This document shows, piece after piece, positions 38,987-48,551 of a DNA stretch of 64,000 nt. Below the pieces are notes generated by a model. The model was not told the DNA's origin and ran no database searches. It saw only the letters and a list, made by a program, of their open reading frames with translations. Where the stretch lies: NCBI GenBank assembly GCA_041650835.1, contig JBAZKL010000001.1, positions 101,094-165,093 of the forward strand, read 5' to 3'. Positions within the stretch are counted from its first letter, which is position 1; each line of letters opens with the position of its first letter. The position numbers and the translations under genes are program-made. This DNA comes from Candidatus Omnitrophota bacterium. GTDB taxonomy: Bacteria > Omnitrophota > Gorgyraeia > Gygaellales > Profunditerraquicolaceae.

Positions 38987-39016
38987 CATTAAGGGATTGT
39001 GACTTTATGGTGAATT
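38987..39016 (+). promoter_or_regulatory. Pho-box-like motif copy ii (CATTAAGGGATTGTGACTTTATGGTGAATTT)
   Basis: Same architecture as the 38127 motif, about 110-140 nt upstream of the orphan response-regulator gene. Confidence 0.4.
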
Positions 39017-39799
39017 TGCATTTGACGTAAGGAAGCGGTTAATTTCTTCCACGTTCAAGAAGTCACCGGATTTACGGAATAATTCCCTGCTCAATAAGAG
39101 CGTTTCGATGCCCTGCTCATGCTGGCCGTTCAAATAATAGGCGTTGGCCAAAAGCCGGCAGGCCGCTGCATCCTCGGGAAACGATTCCAGGACCATTTGA
39201 GCGTATTCGATAGCCTTGCAATAATCGTCGGAAAAATAATGCGCCAACGCCAGGTTATACATCACGTCGGGGTCATTCGTTTTCATTTCCAAAGCCCTCA
39301 TCAGCTCAGGGATCGCTTCCCGGTACTTTTGGTTTAATAACAGCTCCAGCCCTTTGAACACGTAAGAGGCGTATTCTTTGCTTACCGCGCCGCTCTTTAA
39401 TTCGCGTAAAAGGCCCAGCGCTCCGGCGGCATCGAAACCGCAACCAACAGCCCGCACTTGATTGAATTCTTTTTCAGCCTCATCGAATTTGTCTTGCGAG
39501 GCGCACGCCACGCCTTTTTTGAATGAGCGTCCGGTATCCTCAAGGGCTGCTTCATCAGCCGCGGGTAAAGCGGGGCCCTCTTCAATACTCCGGATATATT
39601 TATTCTCGTAATAAACAGGCCCTGAGGCAGTATCGATCGCGATATAATCTTTTTGTTTCTCGGTAATCTTACCTTCTGTTCTTTTACCCGACTTAAGCGT
39701 AACTATATCGGCAAAAAGCGAGCCTCCGTGATAAAAAACGCATATAAAAATAACTGCCGATGTAAAAGCTCTTACGAACCTGTTTTTTACCTTGATCAT
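39005..39799 (-). CDS. TPR-repeat protein with N-terminal signal anchor
   Basis: TPR-like helical repeats (AYYLNGQHEQGIE...) and an N-terminal hydrophobic segment. Confidence 0.6.
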   Translation of the reverse strand: MIKVKNRFVRAFTSAVIFICVFYHGGSLFADIVTLKSGKRTEGKITEKQKDYIAIDTASGPVYYENKYIRSIEEGPALPAADEAALEDTGRSFKKGVACASQDKFDEAEKEFNQVRAVGCGFDAAGALGLLRELKSGAVSKEYASYVFKGLELLLNQKYREAIPELMRALEMKTNDPDVMYNLALAHYFSDDYCKAIEYAQMVLESFPEDAAACRLLANAYYLNGQHEQGIETLLLSRELFRKSGDFLNVEEINRFLTSNANSP

Positions 39800-39800
39800 T

Positions 39801-42800
39801 TTATACTCCCGGTGAAAACGTTAATCGCGCCAAATTCTCCCTGAAGAGGCCTTCCGTCCCGTTATTTTCAAGCAGTCCCAGGAAATCAGGAAGAAGCGCG
39901 TCCACATGAACGCAGTGAGCTTCCTCTAACCGCAGGATCTGCCGCATCCAAACGCGCACATACCTGATACATTCGGATAACCGCTCTTTACTGATCTTCG
40001 CTTCCATATATTCCTTAATACGCTCCAAAGATGGGATAATCCCTGCCTCGATAAGATGCTGTATGTCCCTGCCCTCAAGGTCATCAGCCGGTATTTCGGC
40101 GGGGAAAAATCCTCCATGGCCGATGGGCTCACCCTGCGTAACAACAAACGCGGAAGAGGCCGAACGCAGGTCGATCCCGCCTAATCCGGATTGTCCCGGG
40201 TTCTTCTCAACGCGTATAGCCGAAGAACTCGGCGCAACGCTCATCCCCGGGAACAGGACTTCCCCCGCGATTGCCTGAGGGACAAATACTTCATCCTTGG
40301 CCTTACGTGCCGCTGGGACTGCCTTCCCGGGATGCCCCCGTAAATAACCGCCAAGCTCCTGCATTCTCTTGCGCTGGATCCGGCTTTTATCCATTCTCAC
40401 GTAAAACGACCCCAGCGGATAAGACGAAAAATAACCTATGTCCCGGAAGCATTTCTTTATAGTATCCTTGTTCTCAAAATAATATTTGAACAGTTCATGG
40501 AAAGCCAGTATTTCTTTATCCTCCAAAGAATAATAAACATCATCGCTGCCTACCGCCGCCGCGGTATATGTGGAAAACTTCCCCGAATTCAATACCCGCA
40601 GGAGAGGGATAATAATGAACGGCATGATCCGGTAATTGTCATATCCTTCCTGAATATGTCTTTCCATAATAGGCTTCAGGCCGTTCACCGCGACCCGCGC
40701 GAACATCCTGCCCTGCTGCGGCTCCAGGCTGAACATGAACCCGCCGGTAGAAGCTAAGACATCGCTCTGCTCGAATTCAGCGTCGCCGATATGCTTCCAG
40801 TCGATAAAAGAATAGAACGGCTCATGCTTTAATTTTGTCTTTAACGTCGCGTGGTCGGCTTTTTCATATACCTCTGCCAAGCCGTTGCGGGAGCCGTTAT
40901 TGACCCCGGGGACCAGCACCCCGAACTTCTGGTCAATGACCTGTTCGAGTTTGGTCCACATGCCCCATAAAGTCACATTCGCGGTAGGGACAAAATTGCC
41001 TACCGGTATCCCATTAGAGAACATGACCATCATTTTATCGCTCTGAAGCCCGCCGGGATCATGAGGATTTTCCATGCCGGCGTTCTGAATGGTTTTCAAT
41101 AAAAGATATTCTATCCCCGTGAAAGGCCTGCCCAGGGCTTTCGCCGGCGGCAAGGGCAAAGGCTTGAATAATTCTCCGGAATTCCGGCTAAAACCGTCTA
41201 CAAACACAACCGCTTTTTTCATCCGTGTCGCGTCTTTACCATTAAGGCCCGGATATCGCGAGGTGAAATCCTTGAATTCCTGAGAATAGTAAAGATAGTC
41301 ATAAAGTTCGCAAAAACGCTGGGCGTTCTCTTTGCTTTCCGAGAATAAATATACGACGGGGAATTTCTTCTTCGCAAAGATCCCCAACGAACCCTTTACA
41401 TGCGCCATCAACTTTTCTTTATCATCTCCGCTTATTACCACGATCGCCACATCCGCGGGCAATTCTTTTTCCAACAGGCCGACAGTCGCGTCATATTCGA
41501 ATTTGAGCCGGGCCTGCCTGAAATCAACGGTTTTCCTGCCGTTCGTTTCCTGCTGCAAAAGGCGGTCATACTCTTCGACAACCCTGCTCATCTCCTTATA
41601 AAAAGGGTTCTTTACCAACTTCACTACCGCCCAGGAAAGCAGGAATGATATCCATCCCAGAAAGAACGCTCCCAGGCCGATCCATCCGACAATAGTAGCG
41701 GGAGGAGACAGCGTGACCACCATATTCATGAATGAATAACTTCCCGCGATAATGCCGCAAATACCCCCGAATCGCCCGTACATGCCTCTATTTTTCCATT
41801 TTTTTTCCAGATGCAATAAAAACGACGAATCCACCTTAAGGCCGTCAAACCATTGCTGCCAATCGTCAATGATCGTATTTTCCTTACCCGCGTACATCTC
41901 AGGCTCGACCGGCTGAGCGTACTTGAACAAACCGTGTATTTTACTTTTAAACCTTTCCATATCTTTACTGCTCATCCGTAAGCCATACCAGCACCTTACA
42001 AACCATGTATAGAAACGGCCCATCATCCCGAATTTCCTGAGCTTGTAACTGAAAGCCATCTGGAATTTATACGCGGTATTGGCATTATCTTCATACTCTA
42101 AAGCGTACGTTCCGATACGCTGCAGTTTTTCGATATCCATCTCTATCGACCGGCGCTGCTCGTCTGACATCGAGGCATGGCCGCGCAATTGAAGAAAAAG
42201 CCTGCGCTGTGTTTCCAGAGATAACTTGGTCATTTCCTGGAACGTTTTCACAAGCGGTTTTACGTTCTGATCAATGATCTCCCGCGTAAAAGGGAGCCCC
42301 CTGATCAGGGAATGCGCGATATTATTGATGGTAACGCGATCATAGTCCGTCAGGAAGCCGGACTTCTTTGACCGCAGGGACAGCTTCCATTGATTAAGGA
42401 AAGTCTTGACCAGCTCCTGGCTGAAACGATTTTCTTTGCTTTGGTTATACCAGCGGTCTTCTTCCGCGATAAATGAATTCTGCAGCAGGTCCGTGCCATT
42501 GCCTTTATTCCACCAGCGGTATAGATAATACGAAACAACCCCTCCCGCCAGTATCCCCAAACCGATCAACAAATACGGTGAAGCAAGCCACTGGCCGAGA
42601 TTTTCAAAAAGACCACTTCCCCTATCGAAATCCCCTCTTCCCGCCAATGGGTCAAGAGGCAACATCCCCGTGTCAAGGTCGCCGCGCCCTGCCAGGGGCC
42701 CGGTTCTTGGCATATCAGGGATATACGGCGGCGCGGAACCAAAAGGAACTGCCTGTCCGGTTAAATAGGCAATGGCTTCCGGGGTCGCGTATTCCTGAGG

Positions 42801-44468
42801 TATAGCGATATGCTGCCCGGAAAAAATAAGGTCGGGATCAGCGATACTTGAGTTAACGGTAAGGATCTTCCTGACCAAATTCGCTACTTCGGTATTACCC
42901 GGCTCTAAAACACCGTTGCCTTTAAGCACGTCGCGGGCGATCCCCCAAAGCGTATTCTCGGCAGGGTTAACGAATGACCAGTTTTGCGGCACAGAAAGTA
43001 ATCCCAGGCCTTTGGCGACAAATTGATGAGCAAACGCTAATCCCGGGACAAAAAAAGAACCGAAGATAAAAGCTGCAGAAACCAGTGTCTTCAATGAAGG
43101 CCGAAACCTTTCCAGGGATCCTATTTTGCGCTCTTTTAAGGGAGAGCCGGCGCTACGCGCCGGAACTTTCTCCGGGGCATCCGCGCGCGCGGGCTGCGTG
43201 ACGGCCGATAAAACCTCTTTATTGCCTTGTGTGGTATCGACCACATGCATTTTGCCTTCTTTATAGATAAATTCGGCTAATTCCGGGCTGAAAAAGATCG
43301 CTCCGTCATTCTCGCGGTTCCCGCCGATCAAACTCCGCTGTTCTCCTTCCGGGGAAGTATAGGTCTTTGCCTGTCCGGGTTTAAGCGGATGGGAGAATAA
43401 CTCAGGCATACAAGCAAGAAAATTGATCCCCCCGCTCAAGTATGTCCTGATAACCTGCCCGAAAGCGCCGGGGACGGCGGTCTTAAGATTGTATTCTCCC
43501 CGTTCAAAAGATTCCCGGTATTGCCTGAAATAATCCTCCTTTGACCAGGGTCCTGCCGAGGTCAAACCGGTAAGGTCTCCTTGATCTATGAACGCGGCGT
43601 ATATCCCGCCTTTGCCGGAGAAACGCGCCTTGAACCACTGAGCAAGGATCAATGAGTAGTAAACCTGCCTCAAAGAAGCGTAACGTTTCGCGGTATTGAC
43701 ATCATGAGTAAGCTTGGGAATGATCAACGCTTTAAGCAGGCAGGAAGAATATTCATTCAACTCTTTTAACCGTTCATCTTTAAGATCATAGGCACCGCTA
43801 TCTTTCAGATGATCATGTTCCAGCATTACCTTAAGCGTGGCCTTATAGATATAGGCGTTATCAACCGATTCCCGGATAATGATCTCACCCGGGACTATCC
43901 AGGGGCGGGTGATCGTAGGAATAACCAGGTTATCACCGCCAAAGAGAGCTTCTGCCTTGCGGTATAGTTTATCCCAGTATTCTTTACCCTCGGGTGTTTC
44001 AGGAGAGCTAAAGAGCGCGGTATCTTTCTTAAGCTGCAGGTCGGCTTCCAGAAGGATCATCCCGACATCCGTCCTGGCTAAATTATCGTCTATGATAGTA
44101 TCTTGCGAATCAGGCCGCAGGTTCACCCAAAAAGCGTCATTCGGCAGGCTTATCCCGACAAAAAAATAGTTGAGAAGCGTTTGCGCGTTATTTTCGGTTA
44201 TCCGCTTATTCAGTCCGCTCAGGCCGCCTTTATCGACCAGGCAGCTGAAATTATTATTACGGCCGTCGTAGGAAAGATACCGTAAATACTCAAAACCGGA
44301 CATGCCGGGAACAGGAGTATTTCTTAAGAAAGCTGTCCGCGAAGAGATATCCAATTCCCCGGCAACCTGAGCAATACCGCTTTGATGGAACAACAAGCAA
44401 AGAGAGAGCGCGGAAATGATTATTTTGTCCACGCAGAAACGCTCACCCTGCAGCATATGGCCCCTCAA
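39801..44468 (-). CDS. Giant (1555-aa) multidomain membrane protein: signal peptide, LysM-like domain, PLAGRGD repeats, 3 TM segments, and large domains of unknown function
   Basis: LysM pattern NTLWGIARDVL...NLVRKILTVN...GQHIAIPQ. Tandem PLAGRGDLD/PLAGRGDFD repeats. TM helices at ~aa 640, 905 and 930. No other recognisable domain. Confidence 0.6.
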   Translation of the reverse strand: MRGHMLQGERFCVDKIIISALSLCLLFHQSGIAQVAGELDISSRTAFLRNTPVPGMSGFEYLRYLSYDGRNNNFSCLVDKGGLSGLNKRITENNAQTLLNYFFVGISLPNDAFWVNLRPDSQDTIIDDNLARTDVGMILLEADLQLKKDTALFSSPETPEGKEYWDKLYRKAEALFGGDNLVIPTITRPWIVPGEIIIRESVDNAYIYKATLKVMLEHDHLKDSGAYDLKDERLKELNEYSSCLLKALIIPKLTHDVNTAKRYASLRQVYYSLILAQWFKARFSGKGGIYAAFIDQGDLTGLTSAGPWSKEDYFRQYRESFERGEYNLKTAVPGAFGQVIRTYLSGGINFLACMPELFSHPLKPGQAKTYTSPEGEQRSLIGGNRENDGAIFFSPELAEFIYKEGKMHVVDTTQGNKEVLSAVTQPARADAPEKVPARSAGSPLKERKIGSLERFRPSLKTLVSAAFIFGSFFVPGLAFAHQFVAKGLGLLSVPQNWSFVNPAENTLWGIARDVLKGNGVLEPGNTEVANLVRKILTVNSSIADPDLIFSGQHIAIPQEYATPEAIAYLTGQAVPFGSAPPYIPDMPRTGPLAGRGDLDTGMLPLDPLAGRGDFDRGSGLFENLGQWLASPYLLIGLGILAGGVVSYYLYRWWNKGNGTDLLQNSFIAEEDRWYNQSKENRFSQELVKTFLNQWKLSLRSKKSGFLTDYDRVTINNIAHSLIRGLPFTREIIDQNVKPLVKTFQEMTKLSLETQRRLFLQLRGHASMSDEQRRSIEMDIEKLQRIGTYALEYEDNANTAYKFQMAFSYKLRKFGMMGRFYTWFVRCWYGLRMSSKDMERFKSKIHGLFKYAQPVEPEMYAGKENTIIDDWQQWFDGLKVDSSFLLHLEKKWKNRGMYGRFGGICGIIAGSYSFMNMVVTLSPPATIVGWIGLGAFFLGWISFLLSWAVVKLVKNPFYKEMSRVVEEYDRLLQQETNGRKTVDFRQARLKFEYDATVGLLEKELPADVAIVVISGDDKEKLMAHVKGSLGIFAKKKFPVVYLFSESKENAQRFCELYDYLYYSQEFKDFTSRYPGLNGKDATRMKKAVVFVDGFSRNSGELFKPLPLPPAKALGRPFTGIEYLLLKTIQNAGMENPHDPGGLQSDKMMVMFSNGIPVGNFVPTANVTLWGMWTKLEQVIDQKFGVLVPGVNNGSRNGLAEVYEKADHATLKTKLKHEPFYSFIDWKHIGDAEFEQSDVLASTGGFMFSLEPQQGRMFARVAVNGLKPIMERHIQEGYDNYRIMPFIIIPLLRVLNSGKFSTYTAAAVGSDDVYYSLEDKEILAFHELFKYYFENKDTIKKCFRDIGYFSSYPLGSFYVRMDKSRIQRKRMQELGGYLRGHPGKAVPAARKAKDEVFVPQAIAGEVLFPGMSVAPSSSAIRVEKNPGQSGLGGIDLRSASSAFVVTQGEPIGHGGFFPAEIPADDLEGRDIQHLIEAGIIPSLERIKEYMEAKISKERLSECIRYVRVWMRQILRLEEAHCVHVDALLPDFLGLLENNGTEGLFRENLARLTFSPGV

Positions 44469-44484
44469 GGAAACACATATCCTA

Positions 44485-44682
44485 TCAATAAATATTGGTT
44501 CCGATATCCGTCAACTTCAATTCTTTATTTCTTGCAGACAACGGGTATTCCCGGTCACTGCCCGTCACTAATAAAGCTAATTTCTTTATGTATTCTTCAC
44601 AACAATTATTCCATCCAATATCTTCCAGGCTTTGAGGATTAAGGACTTTTTTAGGAATAATTTCCGTAAAGGTGTCACTCAT
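44485..44682 (-). CDS. Small hypothetical protein (65 aa)
   Basis: Start reassigned to MSDTFTEII..., preceded by a strong AAGGAGGG RBS. Confidence 0.45.
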   Translation of the reverse strand: MSDTFTEIIPKKVLNPQSLEDIGWNNCCEEYIKKLALLVTGSDREYPLSARNKELKLTDIGTNIY

Positions 44683-44775
44683 GCGTCCCTCCTTATTTAT
44701 AGTGCTTAAGCTTCGGCTCAACCCGGCAAAACTGTCCGCTTAACTATTCATCAAGAAGAGTATACATTAAGAGAC

Positions 44776-44808
44776 GCAACAAATTCCTTAAGGTTTTGTG
44801 AACTTTTC
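44776..44808 (+). promoter_or_regulatory. Pho-box-like motif copy iii (CCTTAAGGTTTTGTGAACTTTTCGTGAAC)
   Basis: Perfect CCTTAAGG palindrome, then direct repeats TGTGAAC-N4-CGTGAAC. Lies between the phoR stop and the small ORF / giant gene. Confidence 0.45.
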
Positions 44809-44855
44809 GTGAACTTTCGACAAGAAATTGTGACAAACAGGAAATGCGCGGAGTG

Positions 44856-46631
44856 TTACGCCAGAGGAATGGTAAAACTGAAGGTAGAACCGGCGCCAAG
44901 TTCAGATTTAACCCAGACCTGGCCGCCGTGGGCGGATACAATGTGTTTAACGATGGCTAGGCCCAGCCCCGTACCCCCGAGTTCGCGGGAACGGGCTTTG
45001 TCCGCGCGGTAGAAACGCTCGAATACGCGGGGAAGGTCTTTTTCGGAAATACCGATCCCGGTATCAGCAATATCGATTTGTAAAGCGTCATCGGTTGCCT
45101 TGGCGGAAATGACAACCGTTGCTCCTTCAGGCGAGTATTTAAGAGCGTTATCGAGTATGTTGATCATGACCTGCGAAAACCTTGCTTCATCAACACGGAT
45201 CTTAGGCAACCCCGGGAGGAGATCGATCTTGAGTGAGATCGATTTTGCCTTAGCTTGATTATCAATGATCGTTATCGCTCTTTTTATCAACACAACAGGG
45301 TCAAGTGACTCAAAAGACATCTTTAACTTGCCTGACTCTATCTTTGATAGATCAAGCAGATCGTTTATAAGGGCGGCCAGGCGGTCGGCGTCCTGACAAA
45401 TGATGCTCATGAATTCCTGAGCGTGGTCCTTATCATCGAGGGCGCCCTCAAGAAGCGTTTCGGCATAGCCTTTGATGCTTGATATCGGAGTGCGCAGTTC
45501 ATGAGAAACATTGGCGACAAAATCCCGCCTCATTTTTTCCAGGCGCCTTAATTCAGTAATATCGTGAAATACCAATATCGCCCCTTCAAGTTTTCCGTTA
45601 CTCATGATCGGCACGCCGTTCACCTTAAGGATCTTTTCATCCGGTGCGTGGACAACGATCTCTTCGATCGCAAGCTGCTGACCTCCCGTAATGATCCTTT
45701 CCACCATATCTTCCACCGAGGTATTACGGACAACCTCCAGCATCATCTTACCTTCAGGGTTTGATTCAATGAAGAAAAGCTTTCTTAAAGAAGGATTCAT
45801 CAGAAGGATATTTTCATCCGCGTCGGTAACGATCACCCCTTCGAACATGCTCGAGAGGACCAGGTCGAGTTTTGCCTTCTCTGAATTGATCTTTTCGATC
45901 TTATCCTTGATCTCATCAGACATGGCATTTAATGAACGGGCAAGTTCGCCGATCTCATCCTTGAAATAGAGAGAAGCTTTCCGGGAAAAATCGCCCCGCG
46001 CCATGAGTTTGGCGATCGCCGACATCTCTTGGAGGGGGCGTGAAACAAATACGGACACCAAATAAGTCAAACCGAGGCTTAAGAGCAATATCCCGGCAAC
46101 GCTCACCCCTACTACCCTAAGCATCTTTGACTGCAGCAATTCAACATCAAGCAGAGGGACGGAAAAGCGCAATATCCCTTCAGTTTTTTCCCGGCCAAAA
46201 GGCATTGCCGTATAAAGCATATCTTTCTTGACCGTATAACTAAAACGATTACTTACCCCCAGGCCGCGCAGTAACGCCTCCTTTACTTCAGGCCTGTTCG
46301 CGTGATTTTCAACGGCGACGAGCTGCTCTCTGGTTAAATCGGCATCCCCCAGCACTTTTCCGTCAAGTGAGATAATGGTCACGCGCAGGAAAAGTGCCTT
46401 GCCCATCTTAAGGGAAAGCTCCTGGAAATCAAGGGGGGCGGTTTTAGCTAAAAGATGAGTTTCCAACAGCTCCTTACCGAGAGTAAGCTGGCGTAAAACA
46501 TTTTTTCTAAGGTTACTTTCCACGAAGTACTTAAGGTGGGGGGCCAGATAAAAATATCCGGCTGAAATAGCAAGAACAACAACAAAACAAAAAACAAAGG
46601 TAAGCTTCCACGGAAGTTTGATCTTAATCAT
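44856..46631 (-). CDS. phoR: Phosphate regulon sensor histidine kinase PhoR-like (2 TM, HAMP, PAS, HisKA, HATPase)
   Basis: ANVSHELRTPISSIKGY H-box. Overlaps the upstream response-regulator gene by 8 nt. Confidence 0.8.
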   Translation of the reverse strand: MIKIKLPWKLTFVFCFVVVLAISAGYFYLAPHLKYFVESNLRKNVLRQLTLGKELLETHLLAKTAPLDFQELSLKMGKALFLRVTIISLDGKVLGDADLTREQLVAVENHANRPEVKEALLRGLGVSNRFSYTVKKDMLYTAMPFGREKTEGILRFSVPLLDVELLQSKMLRVVGVSVAGILLLSLGLTYLVSVFVSRPLQEMSAIAKLMARGDFSRKASLYFKDEIGELARSLNAMSDEIKDKIEKINSEKAKLDLVLSSMFEGVIVTDADENILLMNPSLRKLFFIESNPEGKMMLEVVRNTSVEDMVERIITGGQQLAIEEIVVHAPDEKILKVNGVPIMSNGKLEGAILVFHDITELRRLEKMRRDFVANVSHELRTPISSIKGYAETLLEGALDDKDHAQEFMSIICQDADRLAALINDLLDLSKIESGKLKMSFESLDPVVLIKRAITIIDNQAKAKSISLKIDLLPGLPKIRVDEARFSQVMINILDNALKYSPEGATVVISAKATDDALQIDIADTGIGISEKDLPRVFERFYRADKARSRELGGTGLGLAIVKHIVSAHGGQVWVKSELGAGSTFSFTIPLA

Positions 46632-47313
46632 TTTCTTGAAATCTATAGCCTAATCCTCTGACCGTTTCGATTTGATCCCCTATCTTTCCGAGCTTTTCTC
46701 TCAAGCGTTTGATATGGGTATCAACGGTCCGGGTAAACACATTCGCGTGCATATCCCAGACATCAGACAATAACTGCTCCCGCGACTGGATGCGGCCGGT
46801 CCTTTCAACAAGCGTGACAAGAAGTTTAAACTCCAGGGGAGTGAATTCGATCTCTTTAGTATTGACCGTCACTTTATGTTTAGGGATATCAATGGACAAT
46901 CCCCCTTGTCTTATAATATCTTTGGGAGATCCTTCAGTTTTGCCCCTTCTCAGGATCGCTTTTACGCGCAGCATCAATTCCCGGGGGCTAAAAGGCTTGA
47001 CCACATAATCATCAGCTCCAAGTTCGAGGCCGACTATCCTATCCACCTCCTCTCCTTTTGCGGTCAGCATAATAACAGGGATATCTTTAAGTTTAGTATT
47101 TTGCTTAATTGCGCGGCATACCTCAAAGCCATCCATCTTAGGGAGCATAATATCTAAAACGATCAAGTCCGCGCCCTGTTTAGTTAAAACATCCAGGGCC
47201 TTTTCGCCGTCTTCTACGACCGTAGGGTCATAACCGGCTTTCTCGGCGTTATATTTTACAAGCTTAGCTATATGTTTATCGTCTTCGATTATAAGTATTT
47301 GTTCTTTAGGCAT
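46624..47313 (-). CDS. phoB: OmpR-family response regulator PhoB-like
   Basis: REC plus Trans_reg_C. Translationally coupled to the PhoR-like kinase. Confidence 0.8.
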   Translation of the reverse strand: MPKEQILIIEDDKHIAKLVKYNAEKAGYDPTVVEDGEKALDVLTKQGADLIVLDIMLPKMDGFEVCRAIKQNTKLKDIPVIMLTAKGEEVDRIVGLELGADDYVVKPFSPRELMLRVKAILRRGKTEGSPKDIIRQGGLSIDIPKHKVTVNTKEIEFTPLEFKLLVTLVERTGRIQSREQLLSDVWDMHANVFTRTVDTHIKRLREKLGKIGDQIETVRGLGYRFQEND

Positions 47314-47545
47314 AGATACCTCGTTAACCGGCTCTTAAAAATCCCCCCCTTAGAAATATCAAAACAATATGAACCGGAAAAATAGTCTTATCAATCCGGA
47401 TATTTATAATAAGTATAACAAACTATAATGAGATATTCTATATAATTATTCTTCTGATCACAGGGGAATGACCCGCGTGAGTATTATGAGCCACATAAAC
47501 CCAGGCTTTCCTCCGGAGATGATACTTAACAATAAATTATCACTT

Positions 47546-47578
47546 CCTTAAGGATTCTTTGTCATTTTGTGGTATAAT
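47546..47578 (+). promoter_or_regulatory. Pho-box-like motif copy iv fused to an extended -10 (TTTGTCATTTTGTGGTATAAT)
   Basis: CCTTAAGG, then TTGTCAT-N4-TGTGGTATAAT. The -10 ends 7 nt before the ATG at 47586, which implies a leaderless or near-leaderless mRNA. Confidence 0.5.
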
Positions 47579-47585
47579 TAACGGT

Positions 47586-48551
47586 ATGAAAAATAATTAC
47601 TTCGCGGGAATCGATATCGGCGGAACAAAAATAGCCGCAGCCTTGGCGACTAAAGACGGGAAGATCCTCAGCCGCAGCAAGTCTCCCACCCCCAAAAACG
47701 CATCCCCTGCTAAAATAGCCTCCATCGTAGCCGACCTGCTGGAAGAGATGCTTTACGCCTGCGGCATTAACAAAAAGGAATTATGTGGTGTCGGGATAGG
47801 GATCCCCGGAATAATCGACTCCGTTTCCGGGAAGATCCTGCGCACACCAAATATGCATATCGCAGGGGCAAATCTCCAAAAACAACTCAAGAAAAGGCTC
47901 AACATCAACTGTTGCCTCGGCAATGATGTTAATTTAGGGACCTTGGGGGAAAAATGGCTCGGCGCGGCAAAGAAAGCAAAGAATGTCGTCGGACTGTTCA
48001 TCGGCACAGGCATTGGCGCCGGGATCATTATTGACGGCAAGCTCTTTACCGGCAGCCACGGCGCTGCCGCGGAGATCGGCCACATGATCATTCAAGGCAG
48101 CGGCCCAAAATGCAGTTGCGGGAATACCGGCTGCCTGGAATCACTCGCCGGCAGATGGGCGATAGAAAGAGATATCAGGCAGGAAATTAAAAAAGGCAAA
48201 AAAACGCTCCTTACCAAACTTCTTGATAAGAATTCAGACCCTATCAAAAGCAAGATATTGCGCAAATCACTTGAAAAGCATGATAGGCTTACTGTCAAAA
48301 TACTTAAAGCGGCGGCGGAACAAATAGGTATCGCCTGCGTGTCCATCAGGCATATATTCGACCCGGAGATGATCGTGCTCGGCGGCGGAGTTATAGAAGC
48401 ATGCGCGGGCTTCATATTGCCGATAGTCAAGAAAACCGCGCAAAAAGACAAATTCTTTTCCACTATAGGAAGCTGCGAGATCGTCGCATCCAAGCTGGGA
48501 GATGATGCTATCGTTTTAGGAGCTATTAAACTATCCCAACAACACTCCTAA
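47586..48551 (+). CDS. ROK-family sugar kinase (glucokinase-like)
   Basis: GIDIGGTKI, the zinc motif CSCGNTGCLE and ASKHA fold. Only plus-strand gene in the window. Start taken at MKNNYF. Confidence 0.8.
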   Translation: MKNNYFAGIDIGGTKIAAALATKDGKILSRSKSPTPKNASPAKIASIVADLLEEMLYACGINKKELCGVGIGIPGIIDSVSGKILRTPNMHIAGANLQKQLKKRLNINCCLGNDVNLGTLGEKWLGAAKKAKNVVGLFIGTGIGAGIIIDGKLFTGSHGAAAEIGHMIIQGSGPKCSCGNTGCLESLAGRWAIERDIRQEIKKGKKTLLTKLLDKNSDPIKSKILRKSLEKHDRLTVKILKAAAEQIGIACVSIRHIFDPEMIVLGGGVIEACAGFILPIVKKTAQKDKFFSTIGSCEIVASKLGDDAIVLGAIKLSQQHS

